Source of the DNA: an uncultured Clostridia bacterium
GTDB taxonomy: Bacteria > Bacillota > Clostridia > TANB77 > CAG-508
DNA: 49,535 nt
NCBI GenBank assembly: GCA_944388665.1
Contig: CALXJQ010000002.1
Span: 1-49,535 of the forward strand
Direction of reading: 5' to 3'
Shown: piece by piece, positions 1-9,006 of the stretch
Layout: each line of letters opens with the position of its first letter
Numbering within the stretch: position 1 is the first letter of the stretch
Notes under the pieces: generated by a model
Seen by the model: the letters and a program-made list of their open reading frames with translations, nothing else
The model's database searches: none
Told to the model about the DNA's origin: nothing
Program-made: the position numbers and the translations under genes

Positions 1-2
1 TG

Positions 3-461
3 GATACAGAAGATAATTATTTTGATATTGTAGTAGCAAGAAATACTTGTATTGATGCAAGACAAATTTATAAAACACTAAAAAAAGATGGTTTATTACT
101 TGTAAGAGGAGTAGACAAATTAGATTGTTGGCAATTAAAAAGATTATTTAATAGAGGACAAGCATTTAATGATACAAAGCCAATAAGTCAAATAGATTAT
201 GAAAATATATTAGATGCAGGTTTTAAAAATGTTGAATTAATACCAATATATGAAAGAGAATATTATAAAACTAAAGATGATCTATTGGCTTTATTGCTAA
301 AAACTCCAATATTGAATGATTTTTCAGAAGAACATGAAAACAATAATCTTATAGAAAATAATATTGATATGCAAATATTAAATCAATACATAGAAAACAA
401 TACAACTAATAAGGGAATTTTACTTAGAAGAAGGTACTATGGAATAGTAGCTAGTAAATAG
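3..461 (+). CDS. SAM-dependent methyltransferase-like protein, C-terminal fragment (5' end left of window)
   Basis: Frame 3 is open from the window edge to TAG 459-461. The translation ...FDIVVARNTCIDARQIYKTLKKDGLLLVRGVDK... resembles the distal half of a class I Rossmann methyltransferase. It is absent from the ORF track because there is no start codon in the window. Confidence 0.45.
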   Translation, partial: DTEDNYFDIVVARNTCIDARQIYKTLKKDGLLLVRGVDKLDCWQLKRLFNRGQAFNDTKPISQIDYENILDAGFKNVELIPIYEREYYKTKDDLLALLLKTPILNDFSEEHENNNLIENNIDMQILNQYIENNTTNKGILLRRRYYGIVASK

Positions 462-490
462 TTCCAATACAAAGAACTATAAGTATGACA

Positions 491-517
491 AAAAAGAGGG
501 TAACGCCTCTTTTTTTA
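491..517 (+). terminator. rho-independent terminator
   Basis: AAAAAGAGG / CCTCTTTTT stem (491-499 / 506-514) with loop GTAACG, followed by a T-run. Confidence 0.6.
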
Positions 518-696
518 TATTTGATAAAACTATATTTCTTATTTTTTGGACATTTATATAACAAAATGGAATGTATATAATAAAGAAACTTAAAAAATAA
601 TAATGAAAATAGTAAAAATTGCAACATTTAATGAAAAAGTTTGGACTCTTTTTATTAGAAGTACCCATTTGAAATTTTTTAAGTGTTTTTAATAAT

Positions 697-786
697 AGGA
701 GGTGGTTATAAATGATTTTTGAAAAATATAAGTATTAGATTTTAGAAGTAACTTTCAGACAAAAAGAAATTTATATATTTCTTTTT
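697..786 (+). promoter_or_regulatory. candidate leader mini-ORF (MIFEKYKY, 712-738) plus 10-bp hairpin (761-786)
   Basis: AGGAGGTGG lies 6 nt upstream of ATG 712. An 8-codon ORF ends at TAG 736-738. A perfect stem AAAAAGAAAT / ATTTCTTTTT follows at 761-770 / 777-786. Confidence 0.25.
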
Positions 787-828
787 GCATAATATTTAGA
801 AAGAAATATTATGAAGGAGTTAAATAAT

Positions 829-1044
829 ATGCAAATTACTTCTAATGAAATCGCAAATAACAAATATATGCAAATTTATTTAACTGAAGAAGAGTTAAAA
901 ATTCAAGAAATACAAGATAAAATAAAAGAATATAAGAAACAAAAGTGTAAAATAGGAATATTTGTAACAGGAAAAGAGAACTATCCCGAAGTTCTTAATA
1001 AAATTGTTACAAAACAAGTGGAATTATCAGACAATGTATGTTAA
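829..1044 (+). CDS. hypothetical small protein upstream of serine recombinase
   Basis: ORF track 811..1044. AAGGAG precedes the internal ATG 829 (MQITSNE...), while the first ATG has no RBS. No recognisable domain. Confidence 0.4.
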   Translation: MQITSNEIANNKYMQIYLTEEELKIQEIQDKIKEYKKQKCKIGIFVTGKENYPEVLNKIVTKQVELSDNVC

Positions 1045-1081
1045 CATAGACAATAAGCAATATCAGGCAAAAGGAGGCAAA

Positions 1082-2662
1082 ATGACAGTTGTAGGATATT
1101 GTAGATTGTCTAGAGATGAGGATAAGGAAAATTATTCGAGTATAGAAGAACAAAAAAGAATTATTAAAGATTATGCTTCTACTCGTAATTGGATTATCGA
1201 AGATAAGGACTTCTACATAGATGACAATGTTTCGGGATATACCTTTAATAGACCTGAGTTCACAAAGATGTTAGAAAAAGTAAAGGGCGGAAAAATTGAT
1301 GTAGTTGTAGCAAAAGACTTATCAAGAATTGGAAGAAACAATGGAAAAGTTTTGGTACTTATTGATGAATTTAAGAATATGCAAAAAAACTTAATTTTAG
1401 TTTCTGAAATGGGAGGTACTTATGATGTTTTAAATGATAGAGATGATACTATAGGAATTACAACTTGGTTTAATGAAAGATATGTAAAAGACTGTTCAAG
1501 AAAAACAAGAGATCACATGTATTCCAAACAAAAAACTGGTAGATTAGTAATGGGAAATTATTATGGCTATGTAAAAGATAAGGAAGATGTTACAAAACTA
1601 TATGTAGATGAAGAAATTAGACCAGTTATAAAACTAATATATAAATTATATATAGAAGAAGGACTAGGAAGAAAGAAGATTTGTGATATTTTAAATAATA
1701 AATATAATTATCCAACTCCATCAGTATATTATAGGCGAAAACATTTAGAGAGAGGAAGAATATATAAACATCCAGTACAAGAGTTATGGTCGACATATAT
1801 GATAAGTAATATCTTAAACAATGATGTATACACAGGAAATTTAAGAACTCACAAAAAGAAGACAGTTTCTATAAGAGGTAGGGCAATAAAACTTCCTGAA
1901 GAAGAACATTTTGTATTTGAAAATCATCATGAAGCAATTATCTCAAAAGAAACTTTTGAAATGGCACAAAATATACGAAAAAGAAAAGCAAAGTCAAAAT
2001 CTACATCAGGAACAAGAAAAAGAAATTATGCTTTTTCTGGTTTAATTAGATGTGGTGATTGTGGCTTTGGAGTAAGTGGAATTACAATGAATAGAAAACA
2101 AAAGCAGAAAGGATATGAATGTTCACAGTATAGAACTTATGGAAAAGCAAGATGCAAATGTCATGAGATAAAAGAAAGCGATATAATCATTCATTTAAAA
2201 GAATTTCTAAAATTTACTAAAGAAAGATATCAAGATGAGATAAATAAAATAGAGATTGAGGTTAAAACTAATAACGAACAAACCAATAAAGAAAAAATTA
2301 AGTTTGAACTTGAGACACTAAAAGCAGAATATAAAGTATTATTAAATCAAAAAATAAAAGATTTAGCACATAATCATACAAATGAGTATCAAAAACAGAT
2401 GATAGAAGATTCATACAAAGAATTAGAGATAGAAAAGACAAGTAGAATAGAAAAACTACAAGAGATTTTAAATAAAGAAGAACAAGAAATTTCAAAAGAA
2501 AAAATAATAAAATTAAAAACTGCAATGGAATACTTTGATGAAATTATATCAGCAGAAGTGCCTAATAGATATATTTTAGAAAACATAATTGATACTATAT
2601 GGATTTATAGTGATAAAACTGTAAAATTTGATTTAAAAGTAGATATTGAAAAATTAATATAA
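1082..2662 (+). CDS. large serine recombinase (resolvase catalytic domain, recombinase domain, zinc ribbon, coiled-coil tail)
   Basis: AAGGAGG sits before ATG 1082. The N-terminus is MTVVGYCRLSRDEDKENYSSIEEQ (YxRxS catalytic serine motif). DVVVAKDLSRIGRN matches the DRLxR motif. Zinc ribbon CGDCGF...CSQY...CKCH. The C-terminus is K/E-rich coiled coil. Confidence 0.9.
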   Translation: MTVVGYCRLSRDEDKENYSSIEEQKRIIKDYASTRNWIIEDKDFYIDDNVSGYTFNRPEFTKMLEKVKGGKIDVVVAKDLSRIGRNNGKVLVLIDEFKNMQKNLILVSEMGGTYDVLNDRDDTIGITTWFNERYVKDCSRKTRDHMYSKQKTGRLVMGNYYGYVKDKEDVTKLYVDEEIRPVIKLIYKLYIEEGLGRKKICDILNNKYNYPTPSVYYRRKHLERGRIYKHPVQELWSTYMISNILNNDVYTGNLRTHKKKTVSIRGRAIKLPEEEHFVFENHHEAIISKETFEMAQNIRKRKAKSKSTSGTRKRNYAFSGLIRCGDCGFGVSGITMNRKQKQKGYECSQYRTYGKARCKCHEIKESDIIIHLKEFLKFTKERYQDEINKIEIEVKTNNEQTNKEKIKFELETLKAEYKVLLNQKIKDLAHNHTNEYQKQMIEDSYKELEIEKTSRIEKLQEILNKEEQEISKEKIIKLKTAMEYFDEIISAEVPNRYILENIIDTIWIYSDKTVKFDLKVDIEKLI

Positions 2663-2717
2663 ATTGATGTTTTAAAATGATAAAAATTCATAAAAACTTG
2701 TATATGGTCAAGATAAT

Positions 2718-3341
2718 GTGATTAAAACTATAGTTATTGGTCAAGAAAATGTGATTTTTAACTATTTAACTATCCCCAAATTTAAAGATTTTACCCCGGT
2801 TTGCACTACTGAGATGATTGCATTTACAAGAGCACATACATATTTTAAAAAATTGAACACAGAATTATTAGGTTTAAGTGTAGACAGCAATAGCTCACAT
2901 TTAGCGTGGATGTATGATATTTTTTGCAAAACTGGCATTAAAGTTTCATTTCCTATAATTGCAGATAGAAATGGCGAAATTGCTAGAAAATATGGCATGA
3001 TTTCAAGTGATATAAGTAATACAGAAACTGTAAGAAATGTTTTTATAATTGACGACAAGGGAATAATAAGAGCAATATTTGTTTATCCAATGCAAATAGG
3101 AAGAGCTATTCCAGAGATTTTGCGTACAGTGCAAGCATTGCAAGTGGCAGATGAAAATTCTGCAATGACTCCAGCTAATTGGATACCTTGTGAACCTATT
3201 ATAATGCCACCGCCACAAAATTTTCAAGGGTTACAAGATAGGGTAGAGGAGATGAAAACTCAAAGAGATGGTTTGACTTGGTATTTAGGATTTAAAACGC
3301 CACAAAAATGCATCAAACCAGCAAATGAAGAAAATAATTAA
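2718..3341 (+). CDS. peroxiredoxin (Prx6/1-Cys-like), apparently 5'-truncated
   Basis: Contains DFTPVCTTE (peroxidatic Cys), LGLSVDSNSSHLAW, FPIIADRNGEIARKYGM, RNVFIIDDKGIIRA and TPANW. About 40 N-terminal residues normally preceding FSHPxDFTPVCTTE are missing. The GTG start has no RBS. Confidence 0.7.
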   Translation: MIKTIVIGQENVIFNYLTIPKFKDFTPVCTTEMIAFTRAHTYFKKLNTELLGLSVDSNSSHLAWMYDIFCKTGIKVSFPIIADRNGEIARKYGMISSDISNTETVRNVFIIDDKGIIRAIFVYPMQIGRAIPEILRTVQALQVADENSAMTPANWIPCEPIIMPPPQNFQGLQDRVEEMKTQRDGLTWYLGFKTPQKCIKPANEENN

Positions 3342-3401
3342 ATAAAATTAAAAAAAATAGCCATACTAAAAGTAAATAAAATATAAAGGAGGCTATTTTT
3401 T

Positions 3402-3569
3402 ATGGAAAACAAACAACAACAAATTAATTGTACAGTTGAAAGCTGTAAATATCAAAATAGTAAGGAATCAAAATGTACATTGTCTGCAATAAATGTTGCG
3501 CCTACTGAAAATAACAAAACAACAAAGCCAGATGAATCAATGTGTGCAAGCTATAAATATGAACAATAA
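3402..3569 (+). CDS. DUF1540-like small Cys-rich protein (55 aa)
   Basis: AAGGAGG precedes ATG 3402. Translation is MENKQQQINCTVESCKYQNSKESKCTLSAINVAP...ESMCASYKYEQ, a CxxxxC...C...C pattern typical of DUF1540. Too short for the ORF track. Confidence 0.65.
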   Translation: MENKQQQINCTVESCKYQNSKESKCTLSAINVAPTENNKTTKPDESMCASYKYEQ

Positions 3570-3580
3570 AATATTAATAC

Positions 3581-3831
3581 TTGCTTACATTTTACAGCTC
3601 ATTCATAATTAGTAGTTTATATTAATAAATAACAAAAATATTATGATATATAATTTTGAAGTACCGCGTAGCGATCAAACGAGCGAAAGCGAGTGCGATT
3701 GGAGTAACCTCTTTTTATCATCGTTGATTTCTGAGGTTGCGACAACAAGGTACAATAAATTATATATCATAATATTTTGTAAAAGATTAAAATTAGCTTG
3801 CTACTAATTATAAATGAGCTGTAAAATGCAA
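3581..3831. repeat. hairpin/palindromic repeat element, copy 1
   Basis: A ~31-bp outer stem (3581-3615 vs 3801-3831). Inner inverted repeat ATTATGATATATAATT / AATTATATATCATAAT. G/C-richer core GTACCGCGTAGCGATCAAACGAGCGAAAGCGAGTGCGATTGGAGTAACCTC...GAGGTTGCGACAACAAGGTAC. Confidence 0.8.
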
Positions 3832-3853
3832 TATATTTTTTATTTAATTTGCC

Positions 3854-3882
3854 TTGACAGATACATAAATTAGAAATAGAAT
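3854..3882 (+). promoter_or_regulatory. sigma-A type promoter of fba
   Basis: TTGACA (3854-3859), a 17-nt spacer, then TAGAAT (3877-3882). Confidence 0.5.
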
Positions 3883-3921
3883 AAAAGCGATATCTTAAGT
3901 AATTAAAAAGGAGGAAGAAAT

Positions 3922-4851
3922 ATGTTAGTTACAACGAAGGAAATGTTTGAAAAATCTATGAAGGAAGGATTTGCAGTTGGAGCTTTTAATGTAAATGATA
4001 TGGAAATTTTGCAGGGAATTGTAGATGCAGCAGCAGAAAGTAAGTCACCTGTAATTTTACAAGCTTCTTCTAGTGCAATTAAATATGCAAGAATTAATTA
4101 TTTGATGAAAATGGTCCAAGCTGCTGTTGAAGAACATCCAGAGATTCCTATAGCTATACATTTAGACCATGGCCCAGACTTTGAAACAGCAAAAATGTGT
4201 ATTGATAATGGTTTTACATCTGTAATGATTGATGGCTCAAAATATGATTTTGAAGAAAATGTAAGATTAACAAAACAAGTTGTAGACTATGCTCATTCTA
4301 AAGGAGTTGTAGTTGAAGCCGAATTAGGAAAGCTTGCAGGAATTGAAGATGATGTAAATGTAGCATCAAGTGATGCAATGTATACAGACCCAGCACAAGC
4401 ACAAGAATTTGTAGAAAAAACTGGATGCGATTCTTTGGCAATTGCAATTGGAACAAGCCATGGAGCTTATAAATTTAAAGGAGAAGCTAAATTAAGATTT
4501 GATATTTTGGAAAAAGTAAAAGAAAGGATTCCAAATACTCCAATAGTTTTGCATGGAGCTTCTACAGTTATCCCAGAGTTAGTTGAAACATGTAATAAGT
4601 ATGGGGGAGATATGCCTGGGGCTAAAGGTGTACCAGATGAAATGCTACATGAGGCAAGTAAAAAAGGTGTATCAAAAATAAATGTTGATACAGATTTGCG
4701 TTTAGCTATGACGGCAGCAATAAGAAAAGTATTTGCAGAAGAACCTAGCATATTTGACCCAAGAAAATATTTGGGACCAGCAAGAGATTTAATAAAAGAA
4801 ACAGTAAAACATAAAATGGTAGACGTTTTTGGATCTGCAAATAAAATCTAG
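3922..4851 (+). CDS. fba: class II fructose-1,6-bisphosphate aldolase
   Basis: AGGAGG RBS. Motifs FAVGAFNVNDME, PVILQASSSA, IAIHLDHG, MIDGS, ELGKLAGIED, AIAIGTSHGAYKF and LHGAS are classic class II aldolase. Confidence 0.95.
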   Translation: MLVTTKEMFEKSMKEGFAVGAFNVNDMEILQGIVDAAAESKSPVILQASSSAIKYARINYLMKMVQAAVEEHPEIPIAIHLDHGPDFETAKMCIDNGFTSVMIDGSKYDFEENVRLTKQVVDYAHSKGVVVEAELGKLAGIEDDVNVASSDAMYTDPAQAQEFVEKTGCDSLAIAIGTSHGAYKFKGEAKLRFDILEKVKERIPNTPIVLHGASTVIPELVETCNKYGGDMPGAKGVPDEMLHEASKKGVSKINVDTDLRLAMTAAIRKVFAEEPSIFDPRKYLGPARDLIKETVKHKMVDVFGSANKI

Positions 4852-4911
4852 TTAAATAGGATTTTCAGGGAAAAGACTACTAAAACAAAAAAGTCAACAT
4901 ATAAATTAAAT

Positions 4912-5132
4912 ATGTGTTACAATTCACAGCCAATTAGTTTTAATACTTTACAAAATATTATGATATATAATTTATTGTACCTTGTTGTCGCAACCTCAAA
5001 AATCAACGATAATAAAGAGAGGTTGCTCCAATCGCACTCGCTTACGCTCGTTTGGTCGCTACGCGGTACTTCAAAATTATATATCATAATATTTTTGTTA
5101 TTTATTAATATAAGCTGTGAATTGTAACACAT
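4912..5132. repeat. hairpin/palindromic repeat element, copy 2 (inverted relative to copy 1)
   Basis: The reverse complement of 4951-5100 matches the core of copy 1 with a few substitutions. It has its own, different 19-bp outer stem ATGTGTTACAATTCACAGC / GCTGTGAATTGTAACACAT. Confidence 0.8.
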
Positions 5133-5138
5133 TAAAAA

Positions 5139-5588
5139 TTATCTATTTTTTAGAGTTCTTTCAATTTGCCTTTGAGCATCTTTTTTTGCCAAATCTTGGC
5201 GTTTGTCATATAATTTTTTGCCTTTGCCAATTCCAAGTTCTAGCTTAACTAGTTTGCCTTTAAAATAAAGACTAATGGGAATAAGGCTATATCCCTTTTG
5301 CTTAGTTAGGCCTATAAGTCTATTAATTTCGCGCCTATTTAGGAGAAGTTTTCTGTCACGTAAAGGATCTTTATTAAAAATATTTCCATGTTCATAAGGG
5401 CTTATATGCATTCCAGAAATAAAAACTTCTGAATTTTTTATGTATGCATAACTATCTTTAAGATTTACTTTGCCAGCTCTAATTGATTTTATTTCTGTAC
5501 CTGAAAGGACGATGCCTGCTTCTAAAGTATCTTCTATAGTATAATTATGATATGCAGTTGGATTTTTACTAATCAATTTTGCTTCCAT
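5139..5588 (-). CDS. smpB: SsrA-binding protein SmpB
   Basis: [42 protein letters not shown] and [12 protein letters not shown] are the canonical SmpB sequence. Confidence 0.95.
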   Translation of the reverse strand: MEAKLISKNPTAYHNYTIEDTLEAGIVLSGTEIKSIRAGKVNLKDSYAYIKNSEVFISGMHISPYEHGNIFNKDPLRDRKLLLNRREINRLIGLTKQKGYSLIPISLYFKGKLVKLELGIGKGKKLYDKRQDLAKKDAQRQIERTLKNR

Positions 5589-5690
5589 TTGATGATCCCT
5601 CTCTTACAAAAAAACATTAATTTATATCTATTTAAAGTTTTATATATTGTAACAAAAAAATAGATATAAATCAATGTTTTACATCAATAA

Positions 5691-6146
5691 TTAGTCTTTA
5701 CGTACTTGCATTGCATAATACCATACTAAAGCAATTATAGCTATAGCAGCAATACCAATGATAAGCCAAGTCCACATTGTTGCATTCATTCCCATAAAAG
5801 TTGCTGTACCATTTTCAGCAGATGTTGCAGTTCTAGTTGCGTCATAATTTCCAGTTGAACCATCAGCCATATTACCACTCATCATATTTTGCATATCTCC
5901 AGATAAATTTTGTGTTCCATCTTTAATTCCATTTACTACATTGCTAGTAGCATTACCAATAGTATTACCTGCATTTTCTACTGCATTTCGAGCACCGTCC
6001 ATAGTGTTCTCAACCATATTTCTAGCTCCGCTCATAGTGTTTCCCATTGAATCTGTCATATTATTGTCAGTGTTAGCAAAACAGCTAGAAAAAGAAAAAA
6101 CAGCTACAATAAGTATCAAAGCGCCCAATAATAATTTCTTGTACAT
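5691..6146 (-). CDS. hypothetical exported/membrane protein with N/G/M-rich repeats
   Basis: Signal-like N-terminus MYKKLLLGALILIVAVFSFSSC and a C-terminal TM WTWLIIGIAAIAIIALVWYY. Internal repeats read ...ARNMVENTMDGARNAVEN... Confidence 0.55.
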   Translation of the reverse strand: MYKKLLLGALILIVAVFSFSSCFANTDNNMTDSMGNTMSGARNMVENTMDGARNAVENAGNTIGNATSNVVNGIKDGTQNLSGDMQNMMSGNMADGSTGNYDATRTATSAENGTATFMGMNATMWTWLIIGIAAIAIIALVWYYAMQVRKD

Positions 6147-6292
6147 AAATTTATCCTCCTGTTATAAATTAAACATTCAATTTTGTATAATATTAAAATT
6201 GAATATCATACATATTATTTGAAAAAAGTACATAAAATATACATGGACAAATTTGAAAAAAGACTTTTAAGTTGCCTCAAAAGTCCTTGATA

Positions 6293-6763
6293 TCATTTTA
6301 ATCTAATTAAAATTGCAATTGCTAATAAAATAAGTAAAACACCAATAACAATTATTAGAATATTTAAAATATTTGCTATACTTAAAAAATCATCACTAGA
6401 ATCATTTACATTTCTAACTGAAGTATTTCCTCCTGTAGTAGTGGTATCTGTAGTGGTATTAGATAAATAATTGTTATTTAAATTACTTGTAGAATTAGAA
6501 TTAGTGTTATTGTTTAAAAGTGTCGAATTACCAGTAGAGTTAGTAGTATTTGTACCGCTTAATGTATTTGTAGCATTTTCAGTATTTGTGTTTGAGGTAA
6601 TATCATTGGCAGAATTAGTATCTACATCAGTTAAATTACCTGCAGTTAAATCAGATGTATTAGATGATAAGTTTAAGTCTACTCCATAAGAAAAATTTTG
6701 AACAAATACAAGTGCAAAAAAAGCAATAAATACTATTAAAACAAATAAAACAGATTTTTTCAT
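6293..6763 (-). CDS. hypothetical N/T/S-rich membrane-anchored protein
   Basis: GGAGG precedes the internal ATG 6763 (MKKSVLFVLIVFIAFFALVF). The middle is low-complexity Asn/Thr and there is a C-terminal TM. Confidence 0.5.
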   Translation of the reverse strand: MKKSVLFVLIVFIAFFALVFVQNFSYGVDLNLSSNTSDLTAGNLTDVDTNSANDITSNTNTENATNTLSGTNTTNSTGNSTLLNNNTNSNSTSNLNNNYLSNTTTDTTTTGGNTSVRNVNDSSDDFLSIANILNILIIVIGVLLILLAIAILIRLK

Positions 6764-6834
6764 TTTATAATTTACCTCCATAAGAAATTTCTTTTCTTGA
6801 CTTATATAATATATCACAATTAATATAATAATGT

Positions 6835-7188
6835 CTAGCTTATTTCTTTTATTTTTAAATTAAATTTATCTTCAAAAACTTTTTTCTTTGCAATATATTC
6901 TTTAGTTTTATATCCTTTTACGTCAATAACTTCAGTTGTATTATCTTTATTAAATACTATAAAGTCTGCCTTATATTTTAACCCAGGAGCTAAAATAAAT
7001 GTAGGCTGAAGGCAAAAACCATTAATTTCTTTGCACTTCAATCTTAATTTAAGTTCGCAATAATAATCTGCTTCTTTTTGGCTATCAAATGAATGACCAT
7101 CTACAGAAACTTTATTTGCTCTATACTTGCTTTTGATTTTTTTACCATTCGCGTAATTTCTGTAATCTTCAACGCTCCAATGTTCCAT
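6835..7188 (-). CDS. DUF1064-like protein (phage-type putative nuclease fold)
   Basis: KYRANKVSVDGHSFDSQKEADYYCELKL...LQPTFIL...YKADFIVF...EVIDVKG matches the DUF1064 pattern as I remember it. Confidence 0.55.
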   Translation of the reverse strand: MEHWSVEDYRNYANGKKIKSKYRANKVSVDGHSFDSQKEADYYCELKLRLKCKEINGFCLQPTFILAPGLKYKADFIVFNKDNTTEVIDVKGYKTKEYIAKKKVFEDKFNLKIKEIS

Positions 7189-7423
7189 TTTAATATCATC
7201 CCTTCCAATTGTATCTCCTTAAATTTATCATTAGAAATATCTCATTAATTATACAGAAAAAAATAAAAAAATTCAATAATGTATTTAATTATTACAAGTT
7301 TGTGACAAATATTACATTTTGATAAAAAACAAAAAAGATATTGAAATTTTTAACAAAGTAATATAAAATAATGACAAGCTTATATATAAAAATTATTTTT
7401 AAATATTTAAGGAGGAAAATTAA

Positions 7424-7954
7424 ATGGGAGAGAACAAAAGAGTATCAGGAAACAAACAAGGGAAAAAGAAGAACAAAGACTTAGTCATTGTTATTGGAGT
7501 TATCATTGTAGCGGTAATAATTATAGCTATTTTAGCAGCTATAAGGAATAATAAAGCAAATAATGATCAAAACAATGTTAATACAAATCCAGCAACATCT
7601 AATTCACAAACTGGAACAAATGAAGAATTTACACAAACATTATCAGATGGAAGTAAGTTAAATACAAGTACAGCATTATCAGCAACAAAAAGTGTTGATG
7701 GCTTACAAGTATCTAATATTCAATTAAAAACAGAAAATGGAATAACAACTTTATTAGCAGATGTAGAAAATACAACAAGTTCAGATACACCAGAAAAAAT
7801 GATAACAATAACTTTTGTAGACAAAGATGGAAACAAAATAACAGATTTATCAGCTCTTGTTCAAGCATTGAAAGCAGGAGAAAGTACACAACTAAATACT
7901 TCAGTAACATCAGATGTATCTAATGCTTATGATTTTACAGTAAGTACAAAATAA
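7424..7954 (+). CDS. hypothetical membrane-anchored protein
   Basis: AGGAGG RBS. A single N-terminal TM (LVIVIGVIIVAVIIIAILAAI) is followed by an extracellular-looking T/S/N-rich domain. Confidence 0.6.
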   Translation: MGENKRVSGNKQGKKKNKDLVIVIGVIIVAVIIIAILAAIRNNKANNDQNNVNTNPATSNSQTGTNEEFTQTLSDGSKLNTSTALSATKSVDGLQVSNIQLKTENGITTLLADVENTTSSDTPEKMITITFVDKDGNKITDLSALVQALKAGESTQLNTSVTSDVSNAYDFTVSTK

Positions 7955-7973
7955 ATAATTAATGAGGAAAAAT

Positions 7974-8879
7974 ATGGAACAAAATATTAATATGAATTTA
8001 ATTCCAACATTTTTAGCTAAAATGTTGGAATTAAATTATGGAAAAGAAAAGTATAATTTAATATGCAAAGGTTATAATGTAAAAAGGCCAACGACATTAA
8101 GAGTAAACACCTTAAAAACCGATAAAGTAAGTATTGAAAATGCATTAAAAAGTCAAAATATTTCATTTAAAAAAGTAAGGTGGAGCGATGATGCTTATAT
8201 TTTAAAAAATGCGGATGAACAAAAGATTAAAACTTTAAGTATATATGAAAATGGCGAAATCTATTTACAAAGTTTGTCTTCAATGTTGCCACCAATTATT
8301 TTACAACCTAAAGTTGGAGCAGATATTTTAGATATGACTGCAGCGCCGGGAGGCAAAACAACACAAATAGCTGCGTTGACTCAAAATCGTTCTAATATCA
8401 CGGCTTGTGAAATGAATAATATAAGGTTTGAAAGACTAAAATATAATGTAGAAAAACAAGGTGCAAAATGTGTGTATTTGATGAAAGAAGATAGCAGAAG
8501 AATAAGTGATTTTTTTTCATTTGACCAAATTTTATTAGATGCGCCATGTAGTGGAAGTGGTACATCGAACGTAAATATTATTACAGAAGAACTAATAAAA
8601 AAGTCAGTAAAAGCTCAAAAAACTTTAATAAAAAAAGCAATAAAAATTTTAAAACCAGGAGGAAGTTTAGTGTACTCAACATGCTCAATCTTGCCCTGCG
8701 AAAATGAAGAGATGATTGAAGAAGCACTTAAAAATCCAAATATGAAGATAGAACCTATTGAATTTGAAGGAATAGAAGATTTGCCCCTATTAGATTCTAA
8801 AATAAAAGGAACATTATGTGTATGCCCAAATGATTTATATGAAGGCTTTTACATTGCAAAATTAAATAAAATAAGATAA
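7974..8879 (+). CDS. RsmB/RsmF (NOL1/NOP2/Sun) family RNA m5C methyltransferase
   Basis: ILDMTAAPGGKTTQIA (SAM motif), LLDAPCSGSGT and STCS (two catalytic Cys motifs). GAGGAAAAAT precedes ATG 7974. Confidence 0.85.
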   Translation: MEQNINMNLIPTFLAKMLELNYGKEKYNLICKGYNVKRPTTLRVNTLKTDKVSIENALKSQNISFKKVRWSDDAYILKNADEQKIKTLSIYENGEIYLQSLSSMLPPIILQPKVGADILDMTAAPGGKTTQIAALTQNRSNITACEMNNIRFERLKYNVEKQGAKCVYLMKEDSRRISDFFSFDQILLDAPCSGSGTSNVNIITEELIKKSVKAQKTLIKKAIKILKPGGSLVYSTCSILPCENEEMIEEALKNPNMKIEPIEFEGIEDLPLLDSKIKGTLCVCPNDLYEGFYIAKLNKIR

Positions 8880-9006
8880 TATTGATGGCGTATCCTATAT
8901 ATGCCATTTTTTATTATATATTAAAAAAATCTTAAACTTACAATTTTGTAATGTAATTTTTCAATAAATATGTTATAATATGAAATATTTGAGGGGAGTT
9001 GAAATT

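Larger units (their letters stand above)
829..2786. mobile_element. integration module (right end) of an element whose body would lie left of or outside the window
   Basis: The recombinase gene reads toward a peroxiredoxin gene whose conserved sequence only begins at ~2787. Repeats and a palindrome lie in the 2705-2756 junction. Confidence 0.35.

Noticed and set aside
4912-5132. Two 71-aa ORFs on opposite strands (4912..5127 + and 4917..5132 -), both starting MCYNSQ
   Set aside because: They are mirror-image artefacts of the palindromic repeat element. There is no RBS, the translations are implausible, and copy 1 of the same sequence has no equivalent ORF.
5589-5690. Expected tmRNA gene (ssrA) next to smpB
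   Set aside because: Neither flank of smpB has a tRNA-like acceptor/T-arm sequence or a tag reading frame. The downstream flank is occupied by the hairpin repeat. No tRNA, rRNA or tmRNA was recognised anywhere in the window.
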